Source of the DNA: Mobula hypostoma
Lineage: Eukaryota
Direction: 5' to 3'
DNA length: 64,000 nucleotides
NCBI RefSeq assembly: GCF_963921235.1
Contig: NC_086097.1
Coordinates: 73,596,001 to 73,660,000 of the forward strand
The notes under the pieces were generated by a model. It searched no databases and was not told the origin of the DNA. It worked only from the letters and a program-made list of their open reading frames with translations. Shown here piece after piece: positions 1 through 13,635 of this stretch (position 1 is the stretch's first letter; the number at the start of each line of letters is the position of its first letter). Position numbers and translations under genes: made by a program.

Positions 1-1704
1 AAGGGGTGTGTGGGGGAGGGGTAGAGATTCAGGCAATTTCATGGAAAGCTGTCTGTTCCCCCACACAATTACTAAGAAGTACAGGATATCTCTGCACGTG
101 TGCTAATGATAATGTCCCAATCTCACCAAGAGCAGTTTAATGATCTCTGCCAACTCTACACTAAGGACTGGAAACTTCACGAGGCTGAGTACGAGGGGCC
201 TAATTCCTCGAGGCTTTACATTGCAGTAATGAGAGTTTGATCATAGATTTAACTGAACAAATCATGACCTATAGAGTTATTTGACTATGCCTTGGCTTTT
301 CCCTTGACAATGAAGATAACATGACAAAAAAGTTAAACTAGGATTTCAAGTCTCATGCATCTGTATGCAACAAAAGCAAGGGACTCAGTTCTACAAGCTT
401 CCTTGATGAAGATTTTAGAAATTTTAAAAAAATCCTCTCACTCAAATAAATCACTGGTGACACACAGAGTTATGGATCTTGAAAATAAGATTGCAATTGC
501 TTTGAAGAATTTAGCTGATTTTGTTCACTTTGAGGGTGACAGAGATAAGAATAGGTGTATATCTAAACTCTAGTACAGCTGTTTCTAAAACCTGACATCA
601 TCCTCAGCTGATTTAAATGAAAGCCAAAGGAGTATTGTAAGAAAGGTAAGTGAGCTTAGGGCATGGATCAGCATGTGGAATTACTACATTGCAGCCATTA
701 GGAGGGGCAGGACTGGCAGCTCAGTGTTCTGGGGTTTCGTGGTTTTAGAATCAACAGAGAACTGGAGAACTCATCTGGTGAGGCTTTATGGGTGGACCTG
801 AGAATTTTTTTTAAAAATGACCACGTCAACAGGGCTCTATTATAGATCACCCAACAGTCTGTCAAGATTTGAGAAACGTATTTGTAGAGAGATCACAGAC
901 TGCTGCAAGAAACACAAGGTTGTTAGAGTAGGTGATTTTTAACTTTTCTCATATTAACTGGGACTCCCATTCTTTAAAAGGACTAGATGGCACAGAGATA
1001 TCAAATATGATCAGGAAAGTTTCCTTATCAGTACATAGAAGTCCTAACGAGACAATGTGCAATACTTCATCTGCTATTAGGGAATAAAACAGGGTAGGTG
1101 ACAGAAGTTTGTGGAATATGGAAAAGAATAGGTCTGGAGTGCGGATTGAGATACAATTGAGGTCTGGGGGAAGGAGAAGATGGCAGCTCGACGCAGCGCG
1201 CGCGGCCGCTCCAAAATGATATCGGTATTTGTTAAGTAGGTACCGTGCACAATCCTGATTTGATGGAGGCAGATGTGAGAAGCACAGAGGAACATCTGGA
1301 GAAAGTTCTGAAATGCCCGCTTCGCTGCTGGTGCTACTGTGCGATCAAGAATCTCCGGAAGGGAAAGCCCCCAACCCCTCGGCTTTGCCTGTTGCCGGGG
1401 TCGGGGTCGAAGCGCTCGGCAGAGATGGTGCTCGGTGCTGGAGGGCAGGTCTGAAGCTCGAAGTTTTCGGATGGACTCAAGAGTCGGCTGTGGTCGGGTG
1501 CTTCCAGGGTGCTGCATCGGCAAGTTTGTGGCGCTGGAGGTTCATGGCAGGAGAGTTTCTCCCTTCTACCGTCTGTGTGAGATGATGGGACTTTCCAGAG
1601 ACTTTAAGACTTTTTTTTTTTTACTGTGCCCATGGTCTGTTCTTTATCAAATTACGGTATTGCTTTGCACTGTTGTAACTATATGTTATAATTATGTGGT
1701 TTTT

Positions 1705-1925
1705 GCAACATACATCAAAGTTGCTGGTGAACGCAGCAGGCCAAGCAGCATCTGTAGGAAGAGGCGCAGTCGACGTTTCAGGCCGAGACCCTTCGTCAGG
1801 ACGAAGGGTCTCGGCCTGAAACGTCGACTGCGCCTCTTCCTACAGATGCTGCTTGGCCTGCTGCGTTCACCAGCAACTTTGATGTATGTTGCTTGAATTT
1901 CCAGCATCTGCAGAATTCCTGTTGT
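1705..1925. mobile_element. Minimal Penelope-like insertion: perfect 93-bp inverted repeat plus 33-nt extension
   Basis: Arms 1705-1797 and 1800-1892 are exact reverse complements with an 'ag' loop; sequence matches the PLE terminus at 18773-18900; TSD ttatgtggtttttg at 1692-1705 and 1926-1939. Confidence 0.92.
1769..1802 (-). ncRNA. Minimal type I hammerhead ribozyme motif
   Basis: Minus strand reads GUC-CUGACGA-AGG(GUCUCGG)CCU-GAAAC-GUC-GAC. Confidence 0.7.
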
Positions 1926-3522
1926 TTATGTGGTTTTTGGCAGTTTTTTAGTCTTGGTCTGCCTTGTGTTTCTGTGATATCATACTGGAGGAACATTGTA
2001 TCATTTCTTAATGCACGCATTACTAAATGACAATAAAAGAGGACTGCGCGTCCTCATAATCTAATCTTATCTAATCTAAAAATTAGAGAAAGGCTGATTT
2101 TGATGGTATCAGAAAGGATCTGGCAAGAGTGGATTAGATATGCTGTTTTCTGGCAAAGGTAGTAAGTGGGAGGACTTCAAAAGTGAAATTTTGGGAGTAC
2201 CAATCTTGAATATGCCCGTCAGAATAAAAGGTAAAGATAGAAAATTTTGGGAATCTTGGTTTTCAAGAGATATTGAAGTCCTGGTTAAGATAAAAAAAAA
2301 AGGAGCTGCATAGCAGGTATAAGCATGTAAGAACAAATGAAGCACTTGTGGAGTATAAGAAAATTGCAAGGAAACCCATATGGAACCATTCAGGAGGGCT
2401 AAAAGAAAGCATGAGGTTACCCTAGCAAAGTAATCCTAAGGGATTCTACAGATATGGTAAGAGCAAAATGATTGCAAGAGACAAAATTAATCCTCTTGAA
2501 GATCAGAATGGTAATATATTCATTGAGCCGAAAGAGATGGGGGAGATCTTAAACGGATTTTTTTTTGCATCTATACTTACTCAGGAAACAGACACAGAGT
2601 CTATGGAAGTGAGGTCATTGACGCTATACAGATTACAGAGGAGGAGGTGTTTGCTGTCTTCAAGCAAATTAGGATGGATAAATCACCAGGGACTGACAAG
2701 GTGTTCCCTCGGACCCTGTAGCGCCTCTCTGACTGGAAACCCGTGACCAATGGAGTGCCACAGGGATCGGTGAGGGTTCCATTGTTACTTGTCATTAATA
2801 TCAATGATCTGGATGATAATATGGTTAAATGGATCCGCAGATTTCCAGATGGCACCAAGACTGGAGTGCAGTCAACAGCGAGGAGTACAGTAGAAAAAAG
2901 GGATCTGGAAATACAGGTTCATAATTCATTAAAAGTGGTAGTACAGGTAGATAGGGCCATAAAGAAAGCATTTGTAAATCAAATTACTGAATACAGGAGA
3001 TAGGATGTTATGTTGAAGTTGTACAAGATGTTGCAGAATTGTGTGCAATTATGGTCACCTACCTACAGGAAGATGTAAACAAGGTTAAAAGAGTACAGAG
3101 AAAATTTACAAGGATGTTGTCAGGAATGGAGGACACGAGTTATAAGATTGAATAAGTTAGGACTTTATTCCATGGAACATAAAAGATTGAGGGAGAATTT
3201 GATAGAAATGTACAAAATTATGAGGCGTATACACAAGCAGGCATTTTCCCTCGGAGGTTGGGTGGGACTACAACTAGATGTCATGGGTTAATGGTGAATA
3301 AGGGTAACACGAAGAGAAACTTCTTCACTCAGAGTTGTGACTGTGAAGCGAGCTGCCAGTACATCTGGTACATGCAAACTTGATTTCAACATTTAAGAGA
3401 AGTTTGGATAGGTACGTAGTCTGGGAGCAGGTGCATACAACTAGGTAGTTTAAATGGGTTGGCACAAATTAGATGAATCAAAGACCTTGCTTCTGTGCCG
3501 CACTTTTCTATGACTCTATGAC

Positions 3523-4310
3523 TTGAAATGTGTTCAGGAAACTTTCCCTAATCATTATACAAGTTCCATTGAGAGTGAGTGTGGTATTAGATCTATTAGG
3601 GAATGAGACAGGGCAAATGTCAGAAGTTTGTGTGAGAGAACACTTTGCATCTAATGATAACACAATTAGTTTTAATTATGGAGGTAGGACTGTTCCTCGG
3701 GTTAAATTCCAAATTGGCAAAGGCCAGTTTAGATGGTATCAGAAAGAATTATTAACAAACCTGTACATTGAGACAGGTTGTTTTCAGGCAAAGTTGTGCT
3801 TAGTGAGAGGCCTTCAAAATGAAATTCCAAGAGTACAGAGTTTGTATGTTCTTGTCAGAATAAAAGGCAAAGATAAAAGGTTTAGGGAACCTTAGTTTGA
3901 GAGATATTGAGGCCCTGGTTAAGAAAAAGCAGATGCACAGCTGGTATAGGCATGTAGGAACAAATGAATTACTTGAGTATAAGAAATGCAAGACAAAACC
4001 TTAAGGAGGAAATCAGGAGGGCTAAAGGTTGCTCTAGCAGACACGGTGAAGGAGAATCCAAAGGGCTTCTACAGATATATTAAGAGCAAAAGGCTAGCAG
4101 GGGAAAAATTTGTCCTCTGGAAGATTAGAGTGGCAATCTACGGGTGGATCCTAAGGAGGTGGGGGGGTCATCTACATTGGATTTTTTTGCATCACTATTT
4201 ACTCGGGAGATGGGCATAGCGTCTATAGAAATGGGGCATAGCAGCTGTGAGATCATAGCCCCTATACAGATTACAGAGGGGGTGGTGTTTGATGTCTTGA
4301 GGCAAATTAG
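3523..4310 (+). mobile_element. CR1 LINE fragment
   Basis: LDLLGNETGQ, EHFASND and KENPKGFYRYIKSKR motifs; similar to other CR1 copies in the window. Confidence 0.75.
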
Positions 4311-7300
4311 AGTGCAAATTAGCTTGGCAAAGTGCTTCAAGTCACCTGCTCTTGTGGTCCCCACCTTGGAGGTACAGACTAACCTTACCCCTATACTGGG
4401 TCAAGACTACCTCTACAATAGCAATAGTGGATTTTTTTTTCACCCATCTACAAATACTAGACACCTGACATTATATATACAGCATTTTATCACTGTCACC
4501 AATTTTAGCCACTGTAGTATTTAGGGGAATTGTTACCAACTTGTTCTTAAACAAATATTTGACTGTTAAAACGGATGTGATAAAAGTAATGTGCCTTCAA
4601 AAAACTTAACATATAAATTACCTCCAAGGCAAACGCTGAAAGGGGGAACAAATAAATCACAAAATCTAGGTTCCTAATGGAGCCAATTTACTTTGAATGG
4701 AGTTGGCAAGTTCTGATCTTCTTACAGGGTCTTTGTCAAGCTGACAAAGAATTATGCTCCTTTCATGAGTGACTTTGCAAACTCCATTTAGACTACTTCA
4801 TTGCTTTTACTCTTGCTATTATTTTATTCTCAGGGCAAGAAAATGGAAACTTTAGACATGGAAAAACAGAACAAATAACTAAATTGATAAGGCACTTTAA
4901 GGAATCTAAGTACTGTATTAGTAAAAAAAAGTAATATGGAATCGAGTGAACTTGAAAAAGACCCAATGATTTGCATCCTAAGGTTTTAAGAAGCCTTTGG
5001 AGATTCTGATTTCTCTGGTTTCTATTTCCAACATTCTATAAATTGTGGATGGTTCCTGTGGATGGAGCATAGCAGTTGACACCGCACTACTAAGGAGAAA
5101 ATGAGAAGCTATCAACATGCTAGCCTAACATTGGCCATCATGGAAACACCTGGAATCTATTATGAAGCTTGAGGTAAAATACCTTGAAAAAAAAATTATA
5201 GGATCAATCAGAGTCAACGTGAAATCATGAAATGAAAACCACATCTAGTGATGTGGAATATTTGTAATTTCAGAAAGCTTTCAACAATGTGTTTTGAAAA
5301 TGGGAGGATGCTCAGCAAGGTTAGAACACACGGAATTATGGATAAATAAAATGAAAAATATTTAAAATTAGCTATCAGGTGGAAAATGAAGTGGTAATAA
5401 ATGATGATCCTACTTATGTTCATAAAACCTTGTTATCTCTTGCAAATCAAATTTATGACTATTTGAAACTATTTATTTAAAACTAATTTATGACCATATC
5501 TGTTAATTTGAAAGGAACTATGTAAAAGCTAAGAGCTTTCTTTATTTATTCTAAAAAAAATACTAAAATTCACAATGAAAATAGTAGAGTAAATTTAATT
5601 CATTGGTCAACCATTATTTCTATAAGCAAGTGGCCTGCAGGGCTACATAACATTGTGCTCTTCATAAGTTTTTGTTCATACAAGGACACTGACTTTCAGA
5701 ATTTAAGTATCAGTCATTCATGCAGGAAAAATCTTTAGAATCAGTAACCAGAATTGCACCTAATTTTAAAATGCCAGAGATGAAGGCAGAGGGGTGTGCA
5801 ATGACAATGAAGGATTAAATTTCAGGAGCAGAGTTCAATATCCGAGTGTTTATATTGCAGATTTGGTGCGTACAACAGAGAGAAAAGCTCCGGCATTTCA
5901 TAAATATGATAACTTGGACTCTAAAGGCTTAAGTTACAACAAACCTTTATGCTGCCACACTTCTTATTCGTCATTTTGTTTCTACAGGTTATATGGATAT
6001 AAAATTATATTTTAAGGGATTTTTCAGAACACCTGAGCTCATTGGTTGATAGTCTTTACCTGTTTTGAGTAACCAGAAGACTGCTCCACTGGTTCGTGGT
6101 GGCCACCGAGTGCTGGGGCAGGGGGCAGGGGGCAGGGGGCAGTGTGGTGGAGGACAGAATGCATGAAGGGTGGTGACTTGCCCTGGGTTTTCGTTGTTGT
6201 ACATTTTATGAGATGCTCTGCAAATTAGTAGCCACACAGTCCTAAGTGTAAAGCAAATACAGCAGGGGGCTAAGCACACAGCCTTGTGGTGCACCTATGC
6301 TGACTGAGGTTGGGTAGGAGATGTTGTTGCCAATCCAAACTGACTGTGGTCTCCAAGTGAAGAAATCCAGGATCCAATAGCACAAGGAGGTATTGAGGCC
6401 AAGGTCGAACTTATTGATTAGTTTTTGAGAGGATGATAGTATTGAATGCTGAGCCGTAGTTTATAAAGAGCATCCTGATATATGCATCAATGGTAAACTG
6501 ACAGTTTTGCCTTATGTGCCAACTTTTCTGCAGTACATCAACTACCTGCACATTCATGCAAGGCCTTTCGCTTCAGGAAATACTCTTTAAAAAAGAAAAA
6601 GCAAACACTGGCACAGAATATAAAATACAGGACATTAAGGAGCAGTTTATAAGAGAAGGGTTGATATCGTAGTGGGCAGAAGAGTAGTCAGACAGTGCGG
6701 AAATAGGCCCTTGGCTTACCAAGTCCACAATCGAGAACCCATCTATGCTAATGATAGGAAACTGGAGCAAAAGATAAACTAGAAGAACTCAGTGGGTTGA
6801 GCATCTGTGGAGGTAAAAGGATGGTAGACTCCTCAGGTTCAGACCTGTGTGGAGAGCAAGATAGCCTGGACACAGAAATTAGAAGGAGGTATGAGACAGA
6901 AGCTGGTAGGTGATAGATGAATCAGATTAACAGGGGATGATGGGCAGATGGAATAGAGCTGGGGGAGGGGATGGAAAGGTGACAATCTACCCATTTTTAT
7001 TTCTCCTTTCATTCACCTTTACTATTACCTTCCTCACTGGTTCCATCTGCCAATCATTCCCATAACTGGTTCCACTAATCACCTACTAATCTGTCTCTAC
7101 TCTTCTTTCTCCAGTTAGCTACATCTACCCATCATTCCCCCCACCCCATTCTCACAGCAGCCCCTCACCTCACTCTTCTCACTAACTTACAACAGCTATT
7201 TTACATTTAAGCAACCAGTACTAATGCAGATCCTCGACCAGCTAAGTTTTTCCAGTGGTTTACCCATATCTACTGACCTACTTAACCAGCACTGGACCTT

Positions 7301-7659
7301 TATCTTCCATGCCTCGGTGATTCAAGCATTCATTCAGAAACTTTTTAATATTATGGGAGTATGTGCTTCCACCACCTAATCACAGAATGCATTCCAGGTT
7401 CCAAACACCAAGGGATTCTTCCTCAGATCACCTCTGGGGAATAGGGAAGTCTTAAAATATTGTTCCACAGAGAAGAATTGCAGTCCCGAATGATCTGCTA
7501 CCAATGGATTGTTTATGATTGTAAAAGCATTTGGAGCTCTGGAACCTGTAACGAGGTCCATTGAAAATACCGTCCAAGAGCTTGTGCTGTTTTATTCACA
7601 CAAGATGGATGAAGTCATTCAACCAGCACAAATGAAAAAAAAAACTGCTCAATTATAAA

Positions 7660-8345
7660 TTTTTACAACAGTGGTGAGGTTCATCAACAACAACGAGATA
7701 GCCTACAGAGAGGAAGTAGAAGAGCTCGAGGCTTGGCGCCAGGCAAATAATCTCTTCCTCAATGTCAACAAGTCAAAGGAAATGATTATCAACCTCAGGA
7801 GAACTTGCACCAGTCACACCCCTCTTTACATCGGCAGCACAGTAGTGTAAACTGTGAGCAGTTCCTAATTCCTGGGATTTACATCTTGCACAACCTCTCA
7901 TGGTCCCAGAACACATCATACACAATCAGGAAAGCTTACCAATGAAGGACCTCCCCCCCCCCACCCACCCTGCGCAGGAACTGTTTGTCCCACTTCCATC
8001 ACGGAGGCTATGTAGCATCCTTGGCAAGAACAGCAGACGCCACAAAACAATTACTTTCCCCAAGTAATAAGGCTGATCAACACCCATTAACCACCCCACC
8101 ACTTCCCCCCACCACCACTACTTTATCATTTTGTATCAGTCACCTTATTTATCTCCTGTACCTAGCTTCACTTTATGTAGATACAATCTATGTATATAAG
8201 CTATTTTATGTATTTATATTTATTGTGTTTTTATTATTGTGTTATTCATCTTATTTTTTTATTGAGCTGCATCAGATCTAGAGTAACAATTATATCATCC
8301 CCCTTGACACTTGTGTACTGGAAGTGACAGTAAACAATCTTGAAA
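7660..8345 (+). mobile_element. Rex/Babar- or L2-like LINE 3' fragment
   Basis: RT C-terminal remnant (AYREEVEEL.AW, NNLFLNVNKSKEMI) resembling copies at 26345-27330 and 50520-51621. Confidence 0.6.
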
Positions 8346-11219
8346 AATAAGTTCCCTCTCAAAACTGTCCATGATGTGCAAAAAGCACAATTAATTTCCA
8401 CTGCGGTATTTTATGTGGTCGTCAATTCCAGCACAAAACTTTTCTTTACCAGCCAAAACTGATCCTCGCTCTCTTATGTTATCTGAGACCTTGACGCCCT
8501 CTAACAGGAGGCTCAAAGCTCTTGAGAGACATGTTCTTCCATATTGAGTGGAAAGTTTTAAAAAATCAGTGCCCTATGCCAGCTCACAGAGTTGGCCATA
8601 TTATTCACATTTCCAACACCAAACTCCCTAAATAGAAACTATATTCAGTGTTTACAGAGGAACAGGTTACCATGTAGCTAGAGGAAAACAATATCCCCAC
8701 CAACTCATGGGAATCTGCGGATCTGGACTCTCAAAGTGGCGAAGGAGAATACAGGATACACTTCGGAATCATCGTAGGTCTAATGATCATGAGTACACAG
8801 AGGCATGAACTATCCACCAAATTATTCTATTAATCACTTCCTGTGGAGTGAGTCTGTAATTCCCACACTGACCTTATCAATTGACTTAGAACCCACAAAA
8901 ACAAGAATGAGGCTTCTTAGGAACAAAGAATACTAATTGGTTTATTTGTGGATAAATTCATTTGAGTTTTATTTATTGCATTTAAGTAATTTCCATAATT
9001 CTGAGACCTCTACTTATTAAGGTGCTCGTTGCTTTGAAATGTGCCCACTTTCATCACCTTAATACACTTTGCAAATAGATTAATATACATTTTAATGCAA
9101 AGTAGAATATAAACAATTATCTTCCACTCTTCTGATTGACTGCACAAAATCATTTCCAATCTATGGAAGTTAGGGCAAAAATAACCTCATTTTAAACATA
9201 ATTTTCACCCATGGAGAAAATTCTATCCGGAAGTAAAGATATTCCAGTGTGAAGAGAGTTGTCAGAAGCAGCATTGCAGCAGTGGAATTGTCTTCTTGTG
9301 GATGAAATGTGAAATTGGAAACACTCTTCTGAGCTAATTAAACCACTGATGCTTATACATCTTGGCTTTCAACCTGAACTGGCATTTGGAAAGAGCGATG
9401 CAGAAAATTACAAGAGCAGGAACAAAGAAACTTATTCCATGTTTGCAAATAATACAAAGAATCCGGCATCTAGATACTAGACCTAGATACATCAAAGATA
9501 CACCAAAGGTTACTGCGCAGGTTTAAGAGATGCCAATACTGAAGGTGCAGTGCCCATATTGTGATGGATCAAAGTACAATTGCACAACACAATGCCAATG
9601 AGGAGATTACAAAGCAGAGTTGCATCAAAGGCTGAAGTATTGAATACTGCAGAAATATTAGTGAAGTCGTGCAGCAACGGTTGTCCCAGCCAAAGAGAAT
9701 GGCAGTGGTGTAAACAAGTTCGTATTTGAACAAAGCAACTTTAAAATATCTGCAAAAGATCAATGTCCCTCAGTGGATTTAATAGCAAGGCTTACGAAAT
9801 TCCACTTTAAAAAGTGCTGAAATTTACTCATTTTAGGAAAATAACGGCAAAAGCTACTTTAAAGGCTCGAATACTGATACATTGAAGCCTTCTAAATAAT
9901 GCCTTCAAAAGATACACAGATTCAAGTTGATAAAGTCTAATTAGATTCTGAAACAGCCGTATGCAGCTGCGGAAATAGAAGCCCAATACAATAACAAATT
10001 TGCTTCCAGCATATGCACATAACAACCATTTTTTAACATAAAAGGTAAGACTTACTTTCAGCTTGACTTCCCTAATTTTGACTATTGCATGTAATAGTTT
10101 CGTGACAAAAAAAAATCTCATGAATATATTTAACTTAGCTAATACAAACCACAAGTAGTTTCATGCTGTTCTTTTACAGGGTGTGGACAACGCAAGCCTG
10201 AATTCACTGTCGTACACAATCACAGAAAGAGATTATGAGCCAACTTCTTGAGTTGTACCGTTTTAGTGGTGCAAGTTATGCCACACTGGAAGGCAGGAAA
10301 GGAATTCCAGGATTCCAAACCAGCTATATTGGAAGGTAGAAGGATCCGAGGTGGTTTTGGACTTGCAAAGAAAACTTGCGAATGGTGGAGCAAACGTGTT
10401 CCTGCTGCTCTTGTCCCAGGTTTGAAAAGAGCAAACTTGGGAGATGCTGGCCTTGATGTGAAGGTGAAAGACAAGTCACAGATGATGCACACAGGGTGAA
10501 GGGAGTAAAATTTATTTTGGTGATTAAGGTGCCAATTAAGCAGGTAGTTTTATCTTACTTGGAGTCAAACTTCTTGAGTATTATTGAAGCTGCATACAAA
10601 AATATTCTATCAGACTATCTTAAATTGACGGTGGAAAACCCCTGTATGGTCAATACATGCAATACTGGTCAATGATGATATGAGGATGTTTATAATGAGG
10701 TATTCATCAATACCAATGCAGTTGAACACAAGACCATAAAACATAGGAGCAGAATTAGGCGATTCAGCCCATCGAGTCTGCTCTGCCATTTCATCATGGT
10801 AGATAGCAGATACCACTCAATCCCATATAACTTTTGATTTTTGGGTTTAGGTCATTTACATTTAGCATATGGCTTTGGCTACCAATCTTCTGTTCCTTGA
10901 AAATGTATTGTAGACTTAATTTGGAACAATGCATTCCTAAAAGCTGTGAAGCCCAGACTGGACAATATGGTATCTGTGGTATGGATGTGAATCAGGAGAT
11001 GTGAAGTTTATATGTAGTTTCAAAAGAAAGCGTTGTCTATACTTTGTAAATATGGAATTGTCCTTTGTGTTTAGCACATAAAATAACGAGCCACACATTG
11101 GGCCAGCAGACCTTTCCACTGAAAGCGTCTCCATATGATGCCTGCTGTACCTTGTTTTGTCAAATAAAGCAGCTGCTTGTATCTACCAGTAATTTTCTCC
11201 AAAGATTTCATTCATGCAA

Positions 11220-11500
11220 CGACACACCTGCCTTCTCGCCATAGCCTTTGATGACTTGACCAGTCAGAAAATGATCAACTTCCACCTTAAATATACCCAC
11301 AGACTTGGCCTCCATCTCAGTCAATGGCAGAGTATTCCATAGATTCACTATTCTGACTAACAAAAATTCCTCCTTACCCCTGTTCTAAAAGGTCACCCCT
11401 CAATTTTGAGCTTATGCCCTCTAGTTCTGAATACCCCCAACCATAGGGAATATCCTCTCCACATCCACCCTATTTAGTCCTTTCAACATTTGGTAGGTTG
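11220..11500 (-). mobile_element. CR1 3'-end fragment
   Basis: Reverse complement resembles the CR1 3' end at 25270-25600. Confidence 0.6.
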
Positions 11501-13129
11501 GTGCTAAATATGATTGAAAGACTTGGTCATTGCTTGGCCCATTGTATGTTACAGGTATTTCTCACCACTTATCATGCCATGCCTGAAAATAAAGGCTTGT
11601 TACACACAGAAACAGTAGCTTTCATTATGCAAAGAGTTGTAAATGGAACTGAACTCTGATGGTCAGCAAGCATCCCCATTTCTGCCTTTATGATGGACAA
11701 TTATCATTACCGAAGCAGCTATATTTGGACGGAAGTAGAACTCTGCCCCAGCGTGTTTCTCTAGCAAAGTCCCGGGGGTTGAGACAGCTGCTCTCCAACA
11801 ACAGACCTTCATCTGTGCAAGGAGTGACTCTCTGACACACCTCCCACCAGTCACTCTACTCAATCAAATGAGACAGTGATGTTGACGACCATCATTTTAA
11901 CTTTACAGCTGCAATTCACTTCTTATCCATATTTTGGGGCAAAGCAGTAATGGCAACTGGAGTCCCTGCAGAGCTTGAACATGAGTCAACAGCACACTAG
12001 AGCCAAGGCACTGCATATGTACTTCAGGTGCTTGGACTTGTATCGAAGCCTTCCCCCACCCCAAAACTTCCACCAGTTTAGAGAGTGGAGCACTTGGACA
12101 GGTCATGCAAGCAAATAGTGTTCATGGTGGGGTTTTGGGAGATGGAAAAAGGCAGTGGCAATACAGGATTAATAGGGAAAGGATGGTTGTGGAAAATGTG
12201 CATGAGAAAACACTGAGAAGGGCAAGTTTGGTCATGGTCAGAAAAGGTAATCAACTTTGAAGACGATGAAGGTGGGGAGTGCTTTAGAGGGAAATTGGTT
12301 GTGGAGCTGATTAAGCAGGAATTTCAGGGTAAGGATCAGAGAAACTTGAGGACATCAGCAGCAATGATAGATGATGGAAGCCATCACTAAGAATACACAC
12401 TTAAACCATATTCCAAGACGATAGATGCCTTGGATATCATTGCAGCTGCCTATGCAAAGTTTTTCTCCATTAAAATTATATTAAAGGAGGCCACAAGCTT
12501 TCAGTAACGTGCTTTCTTGTTATGGACAACATCAGACCAAATGAGAATAAGTTTGAGTAAGTAGCATTAAAGCAAATATTATGTAATTCAGTGTCATCTC
12601 ACTTCTCCATTAGCCTCCATACACACACACACAGAGGATCTGAGACAAAGGACCTGAAGAATACAGAGTCCCTGACGATATTTTGCTGTTAGATTGCTGC
12701 TCAATACATACAAAAAATTCTTCTTTCTGATACAAGTCTGCCGCATTATTTTGCGAGATGAAAGTCAATAAATTGGATGTCATCAGAACAATAACTGCTA
12801 TAAAATAAAGAAAAAATATTTCTATATATAATTGCAAACTCATAAGTGGACACTGAGTCTGTAATACCTAATTAATCTATGCATGTTGCTTCTGATCCAA
12901 AAAGTACACCAATTTTACGCTGACTATTCATTTGCACTACAAAGACTAGGGATGCAGGGGAGAGAAAATTTCTTGAATGGCTGGCATTATTTAGAATTAG
13001 TCTGATTCTCTAAGAGTGGGTCAATCAACACCTTCTTCCACTCCACTTTCAGATTTCAGAACGGGCAATGAACCCATGAACACTTCCTCAGTAATTTTTT
13101 CCACACTTTCTGCACTACTTACTTAACAT

Positions 13130-13635
13130 TGATGCAGCTATAAAGAAGATACGACTGCAGCTATATTTCATTAGGAGTTTGAGGAGATGTGGTGTGTCAC
13201 CAAAAACACTCAAATTTCTACAGATGTACCATGGACATCATTCTAACTGGCTGCATCATCACCTGATATGAGGGTGGGGCAACTGTACAGGATCACAGTA
13301 AGCTGCCCAGAGTTGTAAATGTAGTCAGCTCCATCATGGGCACTGGCCTCAGTAGTATCCAGGACACTTCAAGGAGCAATGCCTCAAAAAGTCGGCATCC
13401 ATCATTAAGGACCCCCATCACCCAGGACATGCCCTCTTCTCATGGCTACCATCAGGCAGGAGTTACAGAAGCCTGAAGGCACACTCAGTGATTCAGGTAC
13501 AGCTTCTTCCCCTCTGCCATACATATACACAGTATACTTATTTCATTTATATTTTTTATTACTATGTATTGCAATGTACTGATGCCACATAACAACAGAT
13601 TTCTCGACATATGTGGGTGATGGTAAACCTGACTG
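13130..13635 (+). mobile_element. Rex/Babar- or L2-like LINE 3' fragment
   Basis: KFLQMYH/ILTGCI-type region and SIIKDPHHPGHALFSWLPSGRSYRSLK motif. Confidence 0.7.

Larger units (their letters stand above)
1159..2078 (+). mobile_element. Non-coding SINE-like or non-autonomous LINE derivative with a (taatc)n tail; hosts the PLE hairpin
   Basis: CpG-rich start (aagatggcagc...), aataaa then (ctaat)n at the 3' end; its 3' part recurs reverse-complemented at 63302-63511; it interrupts the CR1. Confidence 0.6.
640..3522 (+). mobile_element. Degraded CR1-type LINE (endonuclease-RT ORF2 remnant), interrupted by the 1159-2078 element
   Basis: Fragmentary ORFs with CR1 RT motifs (TNGVPQGSV, INDLD, FPDGTK); ends in a (tatgactc)-like tail near 3508-3522; many stops and frameshifts. 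Confidence 0.8.

Noticed and set aside
355..573. 72-aa ORF that looks protein-like
   Set aside because: No recognisable motif or splice context; I could not link it to anything.
1339..1907. Overlapping ORFs on both strands with near-identical peptides (ATYIKVAGERSRPSS...)
   Set aside because: A by-product of the perfect palindrome, not genes.
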